A stretch of 64,000 nucleotides of DNA from the NCBI RefSeq assembly GCF_963921235.1, contig NC_086097.1, positions 53,756,001-53,820,000 of the forward strand, given 5' to 3'. The notes beneath the pieces are model-generated. The model saw only the letters and a program-made list of their open reading frames with translations, was not told the origin of the DNA and did no database searches. The number at the start of each line of letters is the position of its first letter. Positions within the stretch are counted from its first letter, which is position 1. Source of the stretch: Mobula hypostoma (lineage: Eukaryota). A program made the position numbers and the translations under genes. Positions 38,400-51,849 of the stretch are shown one piece after another.

Positions 38400-40320
38400 A
38401 GAACCATAGAACATTACTGCACAGAAACAGGCCTTTTGGCCCTTCTCGGCTGTGCCAAACCACTTTTCTGCCTAGTCCCACTGACCTGCACCAGGACCAT
38501 ATCCCTCTACACACCTCTCATCCATGTATCTGTCCAACCTTTTCTTAAATGTTAAAAGTGAGCCCGCATTTACCACTTCATCTGGCAGCTCATTCCACAC
38601 TCCCACTACTCTCTGTGTGAAGAAGCGCCCCCCCCCATGTTCCCTTTAAACTTTTCCCCCTTCACCCTTAACCCACGTCCTCTGGTTTTTTTCTCCCCTA
38701 GTCTCAGTGGAAAAAGCCTGCTTGCATTCACTCTATCTATACCCATCATAATTTTATATACCTGTATCAAATTTCCCCTCATTCTTCTATGCTCCAGGGA
38801 ATAAAGTCCTCACCTATTCAATCTTTCTCTGTAACTCACTTTCCCGGCAACATCCTTGTAAATCTTCTCTGCACTCTTTCAACCTTATTTATATCCTTCC
38901 TGTAATTTGGTGACCAAAACTGCACACAACACTCTAAATTCAGCCTCACCATAACATTCCAACTCTTATACTCAATAGTTTGATTCACACACAGAGAGTG
39001 GTGAATCTGTGGAATTCTCTGCCACAGGAAACAGTTGAGGCCAGTTCATTGGCTATATTTAAGAGGGAGTTAGATATGGCCCTTGTGGCTATGGGGGTCA
39101 GGGGGTATGGAGGGAAGGCTGGGGTGGGGTTCTGAGTTGGATGATCAGCCATGATCATAATAAATGGCGGTGCAGGCTCGAAGGGCCGAATGGCCTACTC
39201 CTGCACCTATTTTCTATGTTTCTATGTTTCTATAAAGGCCAATGTATCAAAAGCTCTCTTTACGACCCTATCTACCTGTGACGCCACTTTTAGGGAATTT
39301 TGTATCTGTATTCCCAGATCCCTCTGTTCGACTGCACTCCTCAGTGCCTTACCATTAACCCTGTATGTTCTACCTTGGTTTGTCCTTCCAAAGTGCAATA
39401 CCTCACACTTGTCTGTATTAAACTCCATCTGCCATTTTTCAGCCCATTTTTCCAGCTGGTCCAAATCCCTCTGCAAACTTTGAAAACCTTCCTCACTGTC
39501 CACTACACCTCCAATCTTTGTATCATCAGCAAATTTGCTGATCCAATTTACCACATTATCATCCAGATCATTGATATAGATGACAAATAACAATGGACCT
39601 AGCACTGATCCCTGTGGCACACTGGCAGTCACAGGCCTCAAATCAGAGAAGCAATCCTCCACTACCACTCTCTGGCTTCTTCCATTGAGCCAATGTCTAA
39701 TCCAGTTTATTATCTCTCCATGTATACCTAGCAACTGAATTTTCCTAACTAACCTCCCATGTGGGATCTTGTCAAAGGCTGTACTGAAGTCCATGTAGAC
39801 AATATCCACTGCCTTCCCTTCATTCACTTTCCTGGTAACCTCCTTGAAAAACTCTAATAGATTGGTTAAACGTGACCTACCACGTACAAAGTCATGTTGA
39901 CTCTGCCTAATAAGTCCCTGTCTATCCAAATACTTGTAGATCCTATCTCTTAGTACTCCTTCCAATAATTTACCTACTACTGACGTCAAATTTACCAGCC
40001 TATAATTTCCGGGATTACTTTTAGAACCTTTTTTAAACAACGGAACAACATGGGCTATCCTCCAATCCTCCAGCACCTCACCCATAGATACCAACATTTT
40101 AAATATATCTGCCAGGGCCCCTGCAATTTCAACACTAGTCTCCTTCAAGGTCCGAGGAAATACCCTGTCAGGTTCTGGGGATTTATTTACTCTGATTTGC
40201 CTCAAGATAGCAAGCACCTCCTCCTCTTCAATCTGCATAGGTTCCATGACCTCACTACTTGTTTGCCTTATTTCCATAGACTCCATGCCAGTTTCCTTAG
40301 TATTAGTAATTAGCCTTAGT
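38400..40320 (-). mobile_element. CR1 LINE 'B' nested in A, TSD AATT
   Basis: 372-aa RT ORF 39222-40340 (VPQGSVLGPLLFVIYINDL..KFADDTK); AATT at 38396-38399 and 40321-40324. Confidence 0.92.
38986..39230 (+). mobile_element. CR1 3' stub 'C' nested in B
   Basis: QRVVNLWNSLP piece and (TTTCTATG)n tail; near-identical to the reverse complement of 49980-50220. Confidence 0.9.
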
Positions 40321-40549
40321 AATTCTATCTCCTTTACCATAGCATTAGAAAGGGGTAGGAACAGACAAGTTAGGAAAGCGTTTAATTAGCATAAGGGGAA
40401 ATATGAGGCTATCAGGCAGGAACTTGGAAGCATAAATTGGGAACAGATGGTCTCAAGGAAATGTACGGAAGAAGTATGGCAAATGTTCAGGGGATATTTG
40501 CATGGAGTTCTGTACAGGTACGTCCCAATGAGACAGGGCAAGGATGGTA

Positions 40550-43500
40550 TGAGGGTGGTGTTGGCTAATGTGCATAGGGAGCACAGCTATTTGGTAGGAC
40601 AGTTGAGGAACAGTGGAATACTTTCGAAGAGATTTTTCACAGTGCTCAACAAAAGTGCATTCTAGTCAAAAGTAAGGACAGTAAGTGTGGGGAGATCCAG
40701 CCTTGGATAACTAAGGAAATAAAAGATAGTATCAAATTAAAAGCTCGTGTACAAAGTCGCAAAGAGTAGTAGGAGACTGGAGGATTGGGAAAACTTTAAA
40801 AAGCAACAGAGAATAACTAAACAAGAAATAAGGACAGCGAAGATGTAGTATGGAAGTAGATTAGCACAAAATACAAAAACAGATAGCAAAAGTTTTTATA
40901 AAGATATAAAGCGGAAGAGGGTGGCTAAAGTCAATGTAGGTTCCCTAGAAGACAAGAAGGGAAAATTGATATTGGGTGATAAGGAAATGGCTGAGGCATT
41001 GAATGACTATTTTGTGTCAGTCTTCACGGTGGAGGACACGTCTAATATGCCAAAGACGAAATGGGAGGTGAGGACCTTGATAAAATCACTGTCGCTAAAG
41101 AGATAGCGATGAGCAAACTAGAGGGTCTGAAGGTAGCTAAGTCCCCTGATCCTGTTGGGATGCATCCCAGGGTGCTGAAGGAATTGGCGGAGGTTATAGT
41201 AGACGTGTTGGTAATCACTTATCAAAACTCTCTAGACTCTGGGCAGGTCCCGGCAGATTGGAAGACAGCAAACGTCACGCCACTTTTTAAAAAAGGATGT
41301 AGGCAAAAGATAGAACATAGAATAGTACAGCACAGTATAGGCCCTTCGGCCCACAATGTTGTGCCGACCCTCAAACCCTGCCTCCCATATAAGCCCCCAC
41401 CTTAGATTCCTCCATATACCTGTCTAGTAGTCTCTTAAACTTCACTAGTGTATCTGCCTCCACCACTGACTCAGGCAGTGCATTCCACGCACCGACCACT
41501 CTCTGAGTAAAAAACCTTCCTCTAATATCCCCCTTGAACTTCCCACCCCTTACCTTAAAGCCATGTCCTCTTGTATTGAGCAGTGGTGCCCTGGGGAAGA
41601 GGCGCTGGCTATCCACTCTATCTATTCCTCTTATTATCTTGTACACCTCTATCATGTCTCCTCTCATCCTCCTTTTCTCCAAGAGTAAAGCCCTAGCTCC
41701 CTTAATCTTTGATCATAATGCATGCTTTCTAAACCAGGCAGCATCCTGGTAAATCTCCTCTGTACCCTTTCCAATGCTTCCGCATCCTTCCTATAGTGAG
41801 GTGACCAGAACTGGACACAGTACTCCAAGTGTGGCCTAACCAGAGTTTTATAGAGCTGCATCATTACGTCGCGACTCTTAAACTCTATCCCTCGACTTAT
41901 GAAAGCTAACACCCCATAAGCTTTCTTAACTACCCTATCCACCTGTGAGGCAACTTTCAGGGATCTGTGGACATGTACCCCGAGATCCCTCTGCTCCTCC
42001 ACACTACCAAGTATCCTGCCATTTACTTTGTACTCTGCCTTGGAGATTGTCCTTCCAAAGTGTACCACCTCACACTTCTCCGGGTTGAACTCCATCTGCC
42101 ACTTCTCAGCCCACTTCTGCATCCTATCAATGTCTGTCTGCAATCTTTGGGCAACTATAGGCCAGTTAGATTAATGTCTGTAGTCAGGAAAATGCTTGAA
42201 GCTGTCATTAAGGAAGAAATAGCGAAACATTTAGAAGGAGTGGTTCCATTAGACAGACGCAGCATGGATTCAGAAAGGGCAGGTCCTGTTTGACAAGCTT
42301 ACTGGAGTTCTTTGAGGACATAATGAGTGCAGTGGATAGAGGGGAACAGGTGGATGTCGTATACTTGGATTTCCAGAAGACGTTCGATAAAATGACACAC
42401 AAGAGACTTATAAATAAGATACGGATGCATGGAGTCGGAGGAAGTGTATTGGCATGGATAGTGGATTGGTTAACCGATAGAAGGCAGAGAGTTAGTATAA
42501 ATGAGTGTTTCTCCAGTTGGCAGTCAGTGGAGTTGCCGCAGGGGTCAGTGCTGGGCCGGCAGCTGTTTACAACTGATGATTTGGAAGAGGGGACTGAGTG
42601 TAGCATAGCAAAATTTGCTGATGACACTAAACTGAGTGGAATAGCAAATTGTACAGAGGATGTGGAGAGTGTGCAGAGGGACATAGATAGGTTAAGTGAG
42701 TGGGCCAAGGTCTGGCAGATGGAATACAATGTTGGCAAATGTGAGATCATCCACTTTGGAAAGAATAATAGAAGAGCAGATTATTATTTAAATGGTGAAA
42801 GATTGCAGCATGCTGTTGTGCAGAGGGACTTGGGAGTGCTTGTTCATGAATCGCAAAAAGTTGGCTTGCAGGTACAAGTTATTAAGAAGGCAAACAGAAT
42901 GTTGAACTTCATTGCTAGAGGGATTGAATTCAAGAGCAGGGAGGTCATACTGCAACTATGCAGGGTATTGGTGAGGCCGCACCTAGAGAGCTGTGTGCAG
43001 TTCTGGTCTCCAAAGTTGTCGAAGGATATACTGGCTTTGGAGGCAGTGCAGAGGAGGTTCACCAGGTTGATTCCAGGGATAAAGGGGTTAACCTATGAGG
43101 AGAGATTGAGTCATCTGGGACTATACTCTCTGGAGTTCAGAAGAATGAGAGGGGATTTTATAGAAACATACAAAATTTTGAAAGGGATAAATAAGATAGA
43201 AGTAGGAAAGTTGTTTCCATTGGTAGGTGAAACTAAAACTAGTGGACATTGCCTCAAGATTCAGGGGAGAAGATTTAGGATAGAGATGAGGAGAAACTGT
43301 TTTTCCCAGAGAGTGGTGAATCTGTGGAATTCTCTGCCCAGGGGAGCAGGTGAGGCTTCCTCTCTAAATATACTTAAGAAACAGTTAGATAGGTTTTTAC
43401 ATAGTAAGGGAATTGAGGGTTATGGGGAAAAGGCAGGTAGATGGAGCTGAGTTTACAGACAGATCAGCCATGTTCTTATTGAATAGCAGGGCAGGGTTGA

Positions 43501-43550
43501 TGGGCCGGATGGCCTACTCCTGCTCCTATTTCTTATGTTCTTATGTTCTT
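40550..43550 (+). mobile_element. CR1 LINE 'D' nested in A, TSD ATGGTA
   Basis: 386-aa RT/C-terminal ORF 42290-43450; (TTCTTATG)n tail; ATGGTA at 40544-40549 and 43551-43556. Confidence 0.92.
41311..42147 (-). mobile_element. 5'-truncated CR1 'E' nested in D
   Basis: WAEKWQMEFNPEKCEVVHFG..LVRPHLEYCVQFWSP and FFTQRVVGAWNALP; D reads through as ggcaaaaga|tgggcaactatagg. Confidence 0.92.
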
Positions 43551-46500
43551 ATGGTAGAGTACAGGAAACATGGTATACAAAGGCTGCTGTAAATCTAGTA
43601 AAGAAGAAAAGAAGAGCTTATGAAAGGTTCAAAAACTAGGTAATGATAGTGATCTAGAAGATTATAAGGCTAGCAGGAAGGAGCTTAAGAAAGAAATTAG
43701 GAGAGCCAGAAGGGGCCATGAGAAGACCTTGGTGGACAGGATTAAGGAAAAGCCCAAGGTATTCTACAAGTACGTGAAGAGCAAGAGGATAAGACGTAAG
43801 AGAATAGGACAATGGAAAAGTATGTATGGAACTGGAGGAGATAACAGAGGTACTTAATGAATACTTTGCTTCAGTATTCACTACGGAAAAGGATCTTGGC
43901 GATTGTAGGGATGACGTACAGTGGACTGAAAAGTTTGAGCATGTAGATATTAAGAAAGAGGATGTGCTGGAGCTTTTGGAAAGCATCAAGTTGGATAAGT
44001 CACAGGGATCGGACGAGATGTACCCCAGGCTACTGTGGGAAGCGAGGGAGGAGATTACTGAGCTTCTGGCGATGATCTTTGCATCATCAATTGGGACAGG
44101 AGAGTTTCCGGAGGATTGGAGGGTTGCGGATGTTGTTCCCTTATTCGAGAAAGGGAGTAGAGATAGCCTAGGAAATTATAGACCAGTGAGTCTTACTTCA
44201 GTGGTTAGTAAGTTGATGGAGAAGATCCTGAGAGGCAGGATTTATGAACATTTGGAGAGGTATAATATGATTAGGAATAGTCAGCAAGGCTTTGTCAAGG
44301 GCAGGTCGTGCCTTACCAGCCTGATTGAATTTTTTGAGGATGTGACTAAACACATTGATGAAGGAAGAGCAGTAGATGTAGTGTATATGGATTTCAGCAA
44401 GGCATTTGATAAGGTACCCCATTCAAGGCTTATTGAGAAAGTAAGGAAGGCATGGGATCCAAGGGGACATTGCTTTGTGGATCCAGAACTGGCTTGCCCA
44501 CAGAAGGCAAAGAGTGGTTGTAGATGGGTCATATTCTGCATGGGGATCGGTGACCAGTGGTATGCCTCAGGGATCTGTTCTGGGACCCGTACTCTTTGTG
44601 ATTTTTATAAATGAGCTGGATGAAGAAGTGGAGGGATGGATTAGTAAATTTGCTGATGACACAAAGGTTGGAGGTGTTGTGGATAGTGTGGAGGGCTGTC
44701 AGATGTTACAGTGGGACATCGATAGGATGCAAAACTGGGCTGAGTTCAGTTGGAGTTCAACCCAGATAAGTGTGAGGTGGTTCATTTTGGTAGGTCAAAT
44801 ATAATGAGAGAATGTAGTATTAATGGCAAGACTCTTGGCAGTGTGGAGGATCAGAGGGATCTTGGGGTCCAAGTGCATAGGACACTCATATCTGCTGCGC
44901 AGGTTGACTCTGTGGTTAAGAAGGCGTATGGTGTATTGGCCTTCACTAATCGTGGGACTGAGCTTAGGAGTTGAGAGGTAATGTTACAGCTATATGGGAC
45001 CCTGGTCAGACCCCATTTGGAGTACTGTTCTCAGTTCTGGTCGCCTCACTATAGGAAGGATGTGGAAACCATAGAAAGGGTGCAGAGGAGATTTACAAGG
45101 ATGTTGCCTGGATTGGGGAGCATGCCTTGTGAGAATAGGTGAGGGAACTCGGCCTTTTTTCCTTGGAGCGACAGAGGATGAGAAGTGACCTAATAGAGGT
45201 GTATAAGATGATGAGAGGCATTGATCGTGTGGATTGTCAGAGGCTTTTTCCCAGGGCTGAAATGGCTGGCACGAGAAGGCACAGTTTTAAGGTACTTGGA
45301 AGTAGGTACAGAGGAGATGTCAGGGGTAAGCTTTTTTTTTTATTTTTTTTACACAGAGAGTGGTGAGTGCGTGGAATGGGCTGCCGGTGACGGTGGTGAA
45401 TACAGATACGATAGGGTCTTTTAAGAGACTCCTGGGTAGATATGTGGAGCTCAGAAAAATAGAGGGCTATGGGTAACCCTAGGTAATTTCTGAGGTAAAG
45501 ACATGTTCGGCTGTAGGTTTTCTAGGTGTATCCTTGGACATTAAGCTCCCAGCTACAATTTTCTTTCAGCCATGATTCAGTGATGCCTACAATATCATAC
45601 ATATCAATCTGTAACTGTGCTACAAGTTATTCTACCTTATTCCATATGCTGCGTGCATTCAAATATGACACCTTCAGTCCTGTATTCACCCTTTTCAACT
45701 TTGTCTGCCTTTTACATTGCAACTCATCCTGTTGACTGCACTTTTCCCTTATCAACAGCCTCGCCCAGCTAGGAGTCTCACTACATATTGCTTTTGTTTG
45801 TCAACCAACTACCTCATCCTCAGCACTATCACTCCAGTCCCATCCCTCCGCCAAGTTAGCTTAAACCCACCCGACCAAATCTGGCAAACCTGCCTGCAGG
45901 GATATTGTACCCCCCGGGTTCAGGTGCACCCTGTCACTTTTGTACCGGTCATACGTACCCCGGAAGAGATCCCAATGATCCATAAATCTGAAGCCCTGCC
46001 CCCTGCACCAGTTCCTCAGCCGCACATTCACCTGCCAAATCATCCTATTCGTACCCTTACTAGCACGTGGCACAGGCAGCTATCCAGAGATTACCACCCT
46101 CGAGGTCCTGTTTTTCAGCTTTCTACCTAGCTTGCTAAAATCTCTCTTCAGGTACCTCCGCACCTTGTCTACCTGTGTCATTTGTTCTAATATACACCAA
46201 GAATTCAGGCTGCTTACCCTCACCCATGAGAATGCCATGGGTCCAATCTATGACATCCCTGACCCTGGCACTAGGGAGGCAACATGCCATTCTGGGTGTC
46301 TCTATAGCGCCCACAGAATCTCATCTCTGTTCCTCTGACTGTGGAATCTCCTATCAATACTGCCATCCTATTCACTTCTGCTCTCTGAGCCACAGCACCA
46401 GACTGAGTGCCAGAGACCCAGTCACTGTGGCTCCCCCTGGTAGGCCTTACCCCTCAACGGTATCTAAAGTTGTCTACTTATTATTGAGAGGAATGGCCAC

Positions 46501-47039
46501 AGGTGTACTCTGCACCGGCTGTGCATTTCTCCTCCTTCTCCTGACAGTCACCCAGTTACCTGTCTCCGGCAACCCAGGGGAAACTACCTCCCTGTAGCTC
46601 CTGTCTATCACCTCCTCATGCTCCTGTATGAGTTGAAGGTCATCGAGCTGCAGCTCCAGTTCCTTAATACATTCTCTCAGGAGCTGCAACTCGGTGCACC
46701 TGGTGCAGATGTGTTTATCTGGGAGACCTCCAGTCTCCCAGACCTCCCTCATCCCACACAGAGTACAAAACACTATCCTTGGAGCCATTCGCACTGCCCT
46801 ACTATGCCGCAATAGACAAGGAATGAACAAATAAGAAGAAAAAGAGAGAAACTTACAGGACACTTTACCTCGCCCAAGCTTGACAGCCACAGCCACTCTA
46901 AAGCCAGTACGCTCAAAAGAATGCCGTGTCACTTGCACTTGCATTACTTTGATTCGCCCTTTCTAACGAATCCGTCTCATTTCACTTCTCAACCTGGAGA
47001 AACTGCCGCGAAGCTCTGCTGTTTAAACCTTGATCTTGG

Positions 47040-47180
47040 ACCAGATTGAAAGGTACTTCTTTTTATGCAAACCCACACATTCCATGTGGAGGACGTACAG
47101 AGACTCCTTACAGAGGACACCAGGATTGAACTCTGGCATCCCAAGTCGTAATAACGTTGCGCTAGCCATATGCTACCGAA
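47040..47180 (-). mobile_element. tRNA-headed V-SINE 5' fragment
   Basis: Minus strand cggtagcatatggctagc...gagttcaatcc (B box-like)...gtacgtcctccacatggaatgtgtgggttt (V-domain-like). Confidence 0.6.
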
Positions 47181-48089
47181 TCGTGATGATGAGCTCAAAA
47201 TGCAGGCAATTGAGAAGTAACAAAAAAAATTAACAAGTGATCACCTGCAAAAGATATAAAACTGATTGAGCTGTTTATGTCAAAGACATTGTTTGATATC
47301 AATGATCATAGAATAACACTGTGAGTAGAATCATCAAAGAAAACAAACACCAGGTCCAAAATGTTTCCATTTACAGGCTCCCATCAGAATTCCTCAGATC
47401 AGTTTGTTCATTGAAGATTAAAACTCATTGTTCCTGGAATTGTTTCTGAAACATCATTACCCAAGCATTGTAGTGCTCCAGGATGGCCAAGTTGTTTGGA
47501 AGGAGCAGCATTTCCTTCATTGGTTCCCCACTGAAAAGTTCAAGTACACTTCGGTGACATTGACTATATGCCGTCAGTGCGCTGAGTTCAGGCTGGATGG
47601 CATCCTTTAGGCCTGTGCTGTGGATAAGGTCAAAGGCCACCAGCTTTGACAAGGTTGTGAGCATCTGACAGTTTGAATGATAGAGGGGGACCATCAGTTT
47701 GATTGGTGAAGGAGGTAGGGTGGACAAGCAATTCCAACGATGATGAGTAGGTGAGAAAGATGGAAAGATGTGAGAGTGGAGGGAGGAAAGAATCAGAAAT
47801 GAAGCTTCTGTGATGGATGGAGCGGAAACAAAAGGAAAATAATCAGAACCAACAAATTGTATAGGGGGTCATTGGATTGTGTGGAAATGGCCATTTCCTG
47901 GAATTAAATTACTAATTGTGTCAGAAATAGGATTGGGGAGTGGGGGACGTATAGATGGGGTGCCACAACATAGAAGCTGATGGTGACATCTTGAAGAATG
48001 AAATAAGTAACTTACATAAATTTTTAATCTTAATTCTTAAAATTTTTGGAATTTTTGTTTTGAAAATTTGCTCTGCAACTTCCAACACA

Positions 48090-48630
48090 TCTCTTTGTTC
48101 TCAAACAAGGGGATTCCCCACCACATATAGAGCCCTGAACAATGTCTGCTTTATTTGCTACACCCCTTCTCACTCCTAGAAACACTTTAAGAATACACCT
48201 TATCTTCACTTTCCATCTGAACCCATTATCACGTAATTTTGGATACCTTTGGTATGATGCCATATCCAAGCACACTTTTTCTTCACTTCTCCATTCAGTA
48301 TTCCAAAGGGACCATTTATCAATGACCAACAATACCATTCATTTCCCTTACAAACCAAGAGCTGCAGCATATCATATACATTTCTCCAGTTCCTTTCTGA
48401 AGTATTTAACATGTGCATATATCTTAAGAATTGTGTGCAGCATGGTATAACCTCCAAGAGGGTGGTATCAACCTTCGCTGTGAGCTGAGTGTTGTTCAGC
48501 TTCCAAGGAGGATGGAGATACAAGAAGGCAGATGTTGGAATCTAGAACTGTTGCAGGGTATTGACCTGAAACTGCAACAATTCCTTTTTCCCCACAGATA
48601 CTGTTCAACCTAATGAGTTCCTCCAAAAGA
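48090..48630 (+). mobile_element. Old Penelope-like remnant
   Basis: LIFTFHLNPLSRNFGYLWYDAISKHTFSS..SVFQRD resembles the PLE RT-endonuclease linker; degenerate hammerhead at 48548-48575. Confidence 0.6.
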
Positions 48631-49234
48631 TTGTTTGTCATCATAAGGTGAATGTTTCTTTGCCAGCTCTGTTCTTTTGCTTGCCATAACAAGAACCTAT
48701 ACATAGTACACTTTTCCATCTGCCAAGGATGCATTCTTTCCAGCTGAAGAGGTAATTCACTTCTTCCAAGTGAATACTCATTCCCAACAATGCAGTCTGC
48801 ACTACACTGAGGCCAAATGCAGAACAAGTGGCTGTTTTGCAGAACACCTTTATTCAATTATTACACTTTCAGAGAAAAAAATTCTAATTATAATGTTCTG
48901 CTCTTACCACTTTTAGGAAACAAACGTCTTCTCACATGACCTCACAATGTCCCCAGTTTTATGTTAAATAGAGCAGACAAGCATCTTTGGCTAAAGTTCA
49001 TAATAGTTCCCAGCTCCTTTGCAAACATTACGCAGTTGTGTCTATTGCTTTTCCAGCTTTTTTTCATAAAGAGAATTGATTTAATCATTGCCACAAATCA
49101 CTTGAGAGCCAGTGGAAATTCGCCAGCAATCCAAAGGCTGGCACTCAGTATGTGAAATAATTTTTTCTCCTACTGAGCATCTAAGGGTGCAAACCTGCCT
49201 TGTAAATGGACGGAGGGTAGATGCTCAGCAAAGC

Positions 49235-49760
49235 TCTTTCCACCAGAACAAGCAGGATCTCCCAGTGGCCACCCATTTTAATTTCACTTCCCATTCCCAT
49301 TCTGATATGTCCACTGTCTTGATGAGGCCACATTTAGGTTGGAGGAACAACACGTTATATGCCGTTTGGGTAGTCTCCAACCTGATAGCATGAACATTGA
49401 TTTCTCAAATTTCTGGTAATGCACCTCACCCCACACTCCCTTCACCATCCCCTTTTCCCTCTCTCACCTTATCTCCTTGCCCACCCATCACCGCCCTCTG
49501 GTGCTCCTCCCCCACTTTTCTTTCTTCCACAGCCTTTTGTCTCTTTCACGAATCAACTTCCCAGCTCTTTGCTTCATCCCTCCCCCTCCAGGTTTCACCT
49601 ATCCCCTGGTGTTTCTCTACCCCCCTCCCCCCCACTTTTCAAATCTACTCCTCAGCTTTTTTTTCTACTGTCCTTCCAAAGGGCTTTGGCCCGAAACGTC
49701 GACTGTACTTTTCTCCATAGATGCTGTCTGGACTGCTGAGTTTCTCCACCATTTTAAGTA
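49235..49760 (+). mobile_element. Penelope-like element 3' fragment
   Basis: QDLPVATHFNFTSHSHSDMS..RLEEQH..RLGSLQP..MNIDFS (GIY-YIG C-terminus), pyrimidine tract, ggcccGAAACGTCgac. Confidence 0.87.
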
Positions 49761-49977
49761 TGTACACTGTTCGCTGAAAGTGACAGAAAAATATGAAGTT
49801 TGATTTTTAAAAATTTGATCCTCAGCTTTATTAACAGTGGTGTGAAATGTTAAGTAAGAAAATTTTGCTAATACTTTTGCCTTAGATGGACTGTAGTGTC
49901 AGGCGTTATACTTTAGTGGGAGAAGGGCATTTACTAGACTGGTACCACAGATGCTTAGCATGTATTACAAGAAGGAA

Positions 49978-51028
49978 AGAAACATAGAAACACAGAAAAT
50001 AGGTGCAGGGGTAGGCCATTTGGCCCTTCGAGCCTGCACCACCATTCAGTATGATCATGGCTGATCATCCAACTCAGAACCCTGTACCAGCCTTCCCTCC
50101 ATACCCCCTGATCCCTTTAGCCACAAGGGCCATATCTAACTCCCTCTTAAATATAGCCAATGAACTGGCCTCAACTGTTTCCTGTGGCAGAGAATTCTAC
50201 AGATTCACCACTCTCTGTGTGAAGAAGTTTTTCCAATCTCGGTCCTAAAAGGCTTCCCCTTTATCCTCAAACTGTGACCCCTCGTTCTGGACTTCCCCAA
50301 CATTGGGAACAATCTTCCTGCATCTAGCCTGTCCAATCCCTTTAGGATTTTATACGTTTCAATAAGATCCCCCCTCAATCTTCTAAATTCCAACGAATAT
50401 AAGCCTAGTCGATCCAGTCTTTCATCATATGAAAGTCCTGCCATCCCAGGAATCAACCTGGTGAACCTTCTTTGTACTCCCTCTATGGCAAGAATGTCTT
50501 TCCTCAGATTAGGGGACCAAAACTGCACACAATACTCCAGGTGTGGTCTCACCAAGGCCTTGTACAACTGCAGTAGTACCTCCCTGCTCTTGTACTCGAA
50601 TCCTCTTGCTATGAATGCCAGCATACCATTCGCCTTTTTCACTGCCTGCTGTACCTACATGCCCACTTTCAATGACTGGTGTATAATGACACCCAGGTCT
50701 CGTTGCACCTCCCCTTTTCCTAATCAGCCACCATTCAAATTATAATCTGTTTTCCTGTTCTTGCCACCAAAGTGGATAACCTCACATTTATCCACATTAA
50801 ATTGCATCTGCCATGAATTTGCCCACTCACCTAACCTATCCAAGTCACCCTGCATTCTCTTAGCATCCTCCTCACAGCTAACACTGCCACCCAGCTTCGT
50901 GTCATCCACAAACTTGGAGATGCTGCATTTAATTCCCTCCTCTAAGTCATTAATGTATATTGTAAACAACTGGGGTCTCAGCACTGAGCCTTGCGGTACC
51001 CCACTAGTCACTGCCTGCCATTCTGAAA
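49978..51028 (-). mobile_element. Young 5'-truncated CR1 LINE
   Basis: TSGVPQGSVL..KFVDDTKLGG and LYKALVRPHLEYCVQFWSP with few lesions; ttctatg-type tail; flanked by older CR1 debris. Confidence 0.92.
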
Positions 51029-51214
51029 GCGTTTCTCAAAGAAAGAAACTGTGGTGGTCACTTTGGGTCAGAAAAGGTTAAGAAGACATGTAATAAATGT
51101 TTAAATCATGAAATGTTCTGATAGATTAAATAAGGAAAATAAACTCTTACACTATCGCCTGAGTCAGTAACTGGACAATATAGATTTAAGGTGAATGGCA
51201 GAAGAACCAGATCT

Positions 51215-51849
51215 TGATGATGCTGATGAAGGCAAGGCAGAGGATGTTGTCTACATGGACTTTAGACTGGGTCCTGCATGGGTGGTTGGTCAAGATAACT
51301 CAGTCGCCCAGCATTCAAGATGAGGTAATGAATTGGATTAGATACTGGCTTTGTGGGAGAAGACAGAGAGTGGTCATAGATGGTTGCTGTCTGACAGGAG
51401 GACTGTGCCTAGTGGAGTCTCATGGGGATCAGTGCTGGGTCTGTTGTTATTTGTCATCTATATCAATGATCTGTATGGTAATGTGGATAACTGGATCAGC
51501 AAATTTCCGGATGACACTAAGTCTGGGGGTGCAGTGAATAGTAAGGAAATCTATCAGAGTTTGGATGAGCTGGAAAAATTGGGCTGAAAAATGGAAGACG
51601 GAATTTAATGCAGATGAGCACGAGGTGTTGCACATCGGTACGGTCAACCAGGGTAGGTCTTACACAGTGAACAGCAGGGCACTGAGGAGTGCTGTAGAAC
51701 AAAGGGATCTGGGAATACAGGTGCATAATACATTGAAAGTGACAGCACAAGTAGATACGGTCATAAAGTTTTTGGTACATTGGCCTTCAAAAATCAAAGT
51801 ACTGAGTACAGGAGCTGCCATGTTCGATTGAAGTTGTATAAGATGTTGG
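51215..51849 (+). mobile_element. CR1 RT fragment
   Basis: GSVLGLLLFVIYINDL..ISKFPDDTK and WAEKWKTEFN. Confidence 0.85.

Larger units (their letters stand above)
37965..45525 (+). mobile_element. CR1 LINE 'A' nested in Z, split into three pieces by B and D
   Basis: APE (GVLYRSPN, VVVGDFNFP) 37965-38399; 40321-40549; RT 43551-45525 (NYRPVSLTSV, YMDFSKAFDKVPH, KFADDTK) with 3' UTR. Confidence 0.9.
36713..47030 (-). mobile_element. CR1 LINE 'Z' (outer host of the nest), with ORF1
   Basis: RT/APE pieces at 36713-37964; resumes at 45526 (...tttcaatacaa | gtgtatccttgg, contiguous in the homologue at 20661-20690); ORF1 esterase (NWCRGQGFRFMDHWDLF..VHLN) and Zn-finger/coiled coil (CTLCGM..CTRCTELQLL). 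Confidence 0.85.

Noticed and set aside
39222..43450. 372-aa and 386-aa RT ORFs as functional genes
   Set aside because: These are truncated CR1 ORF2 segments interrupted by nested insertions and lacking a contiguous endonuclease.
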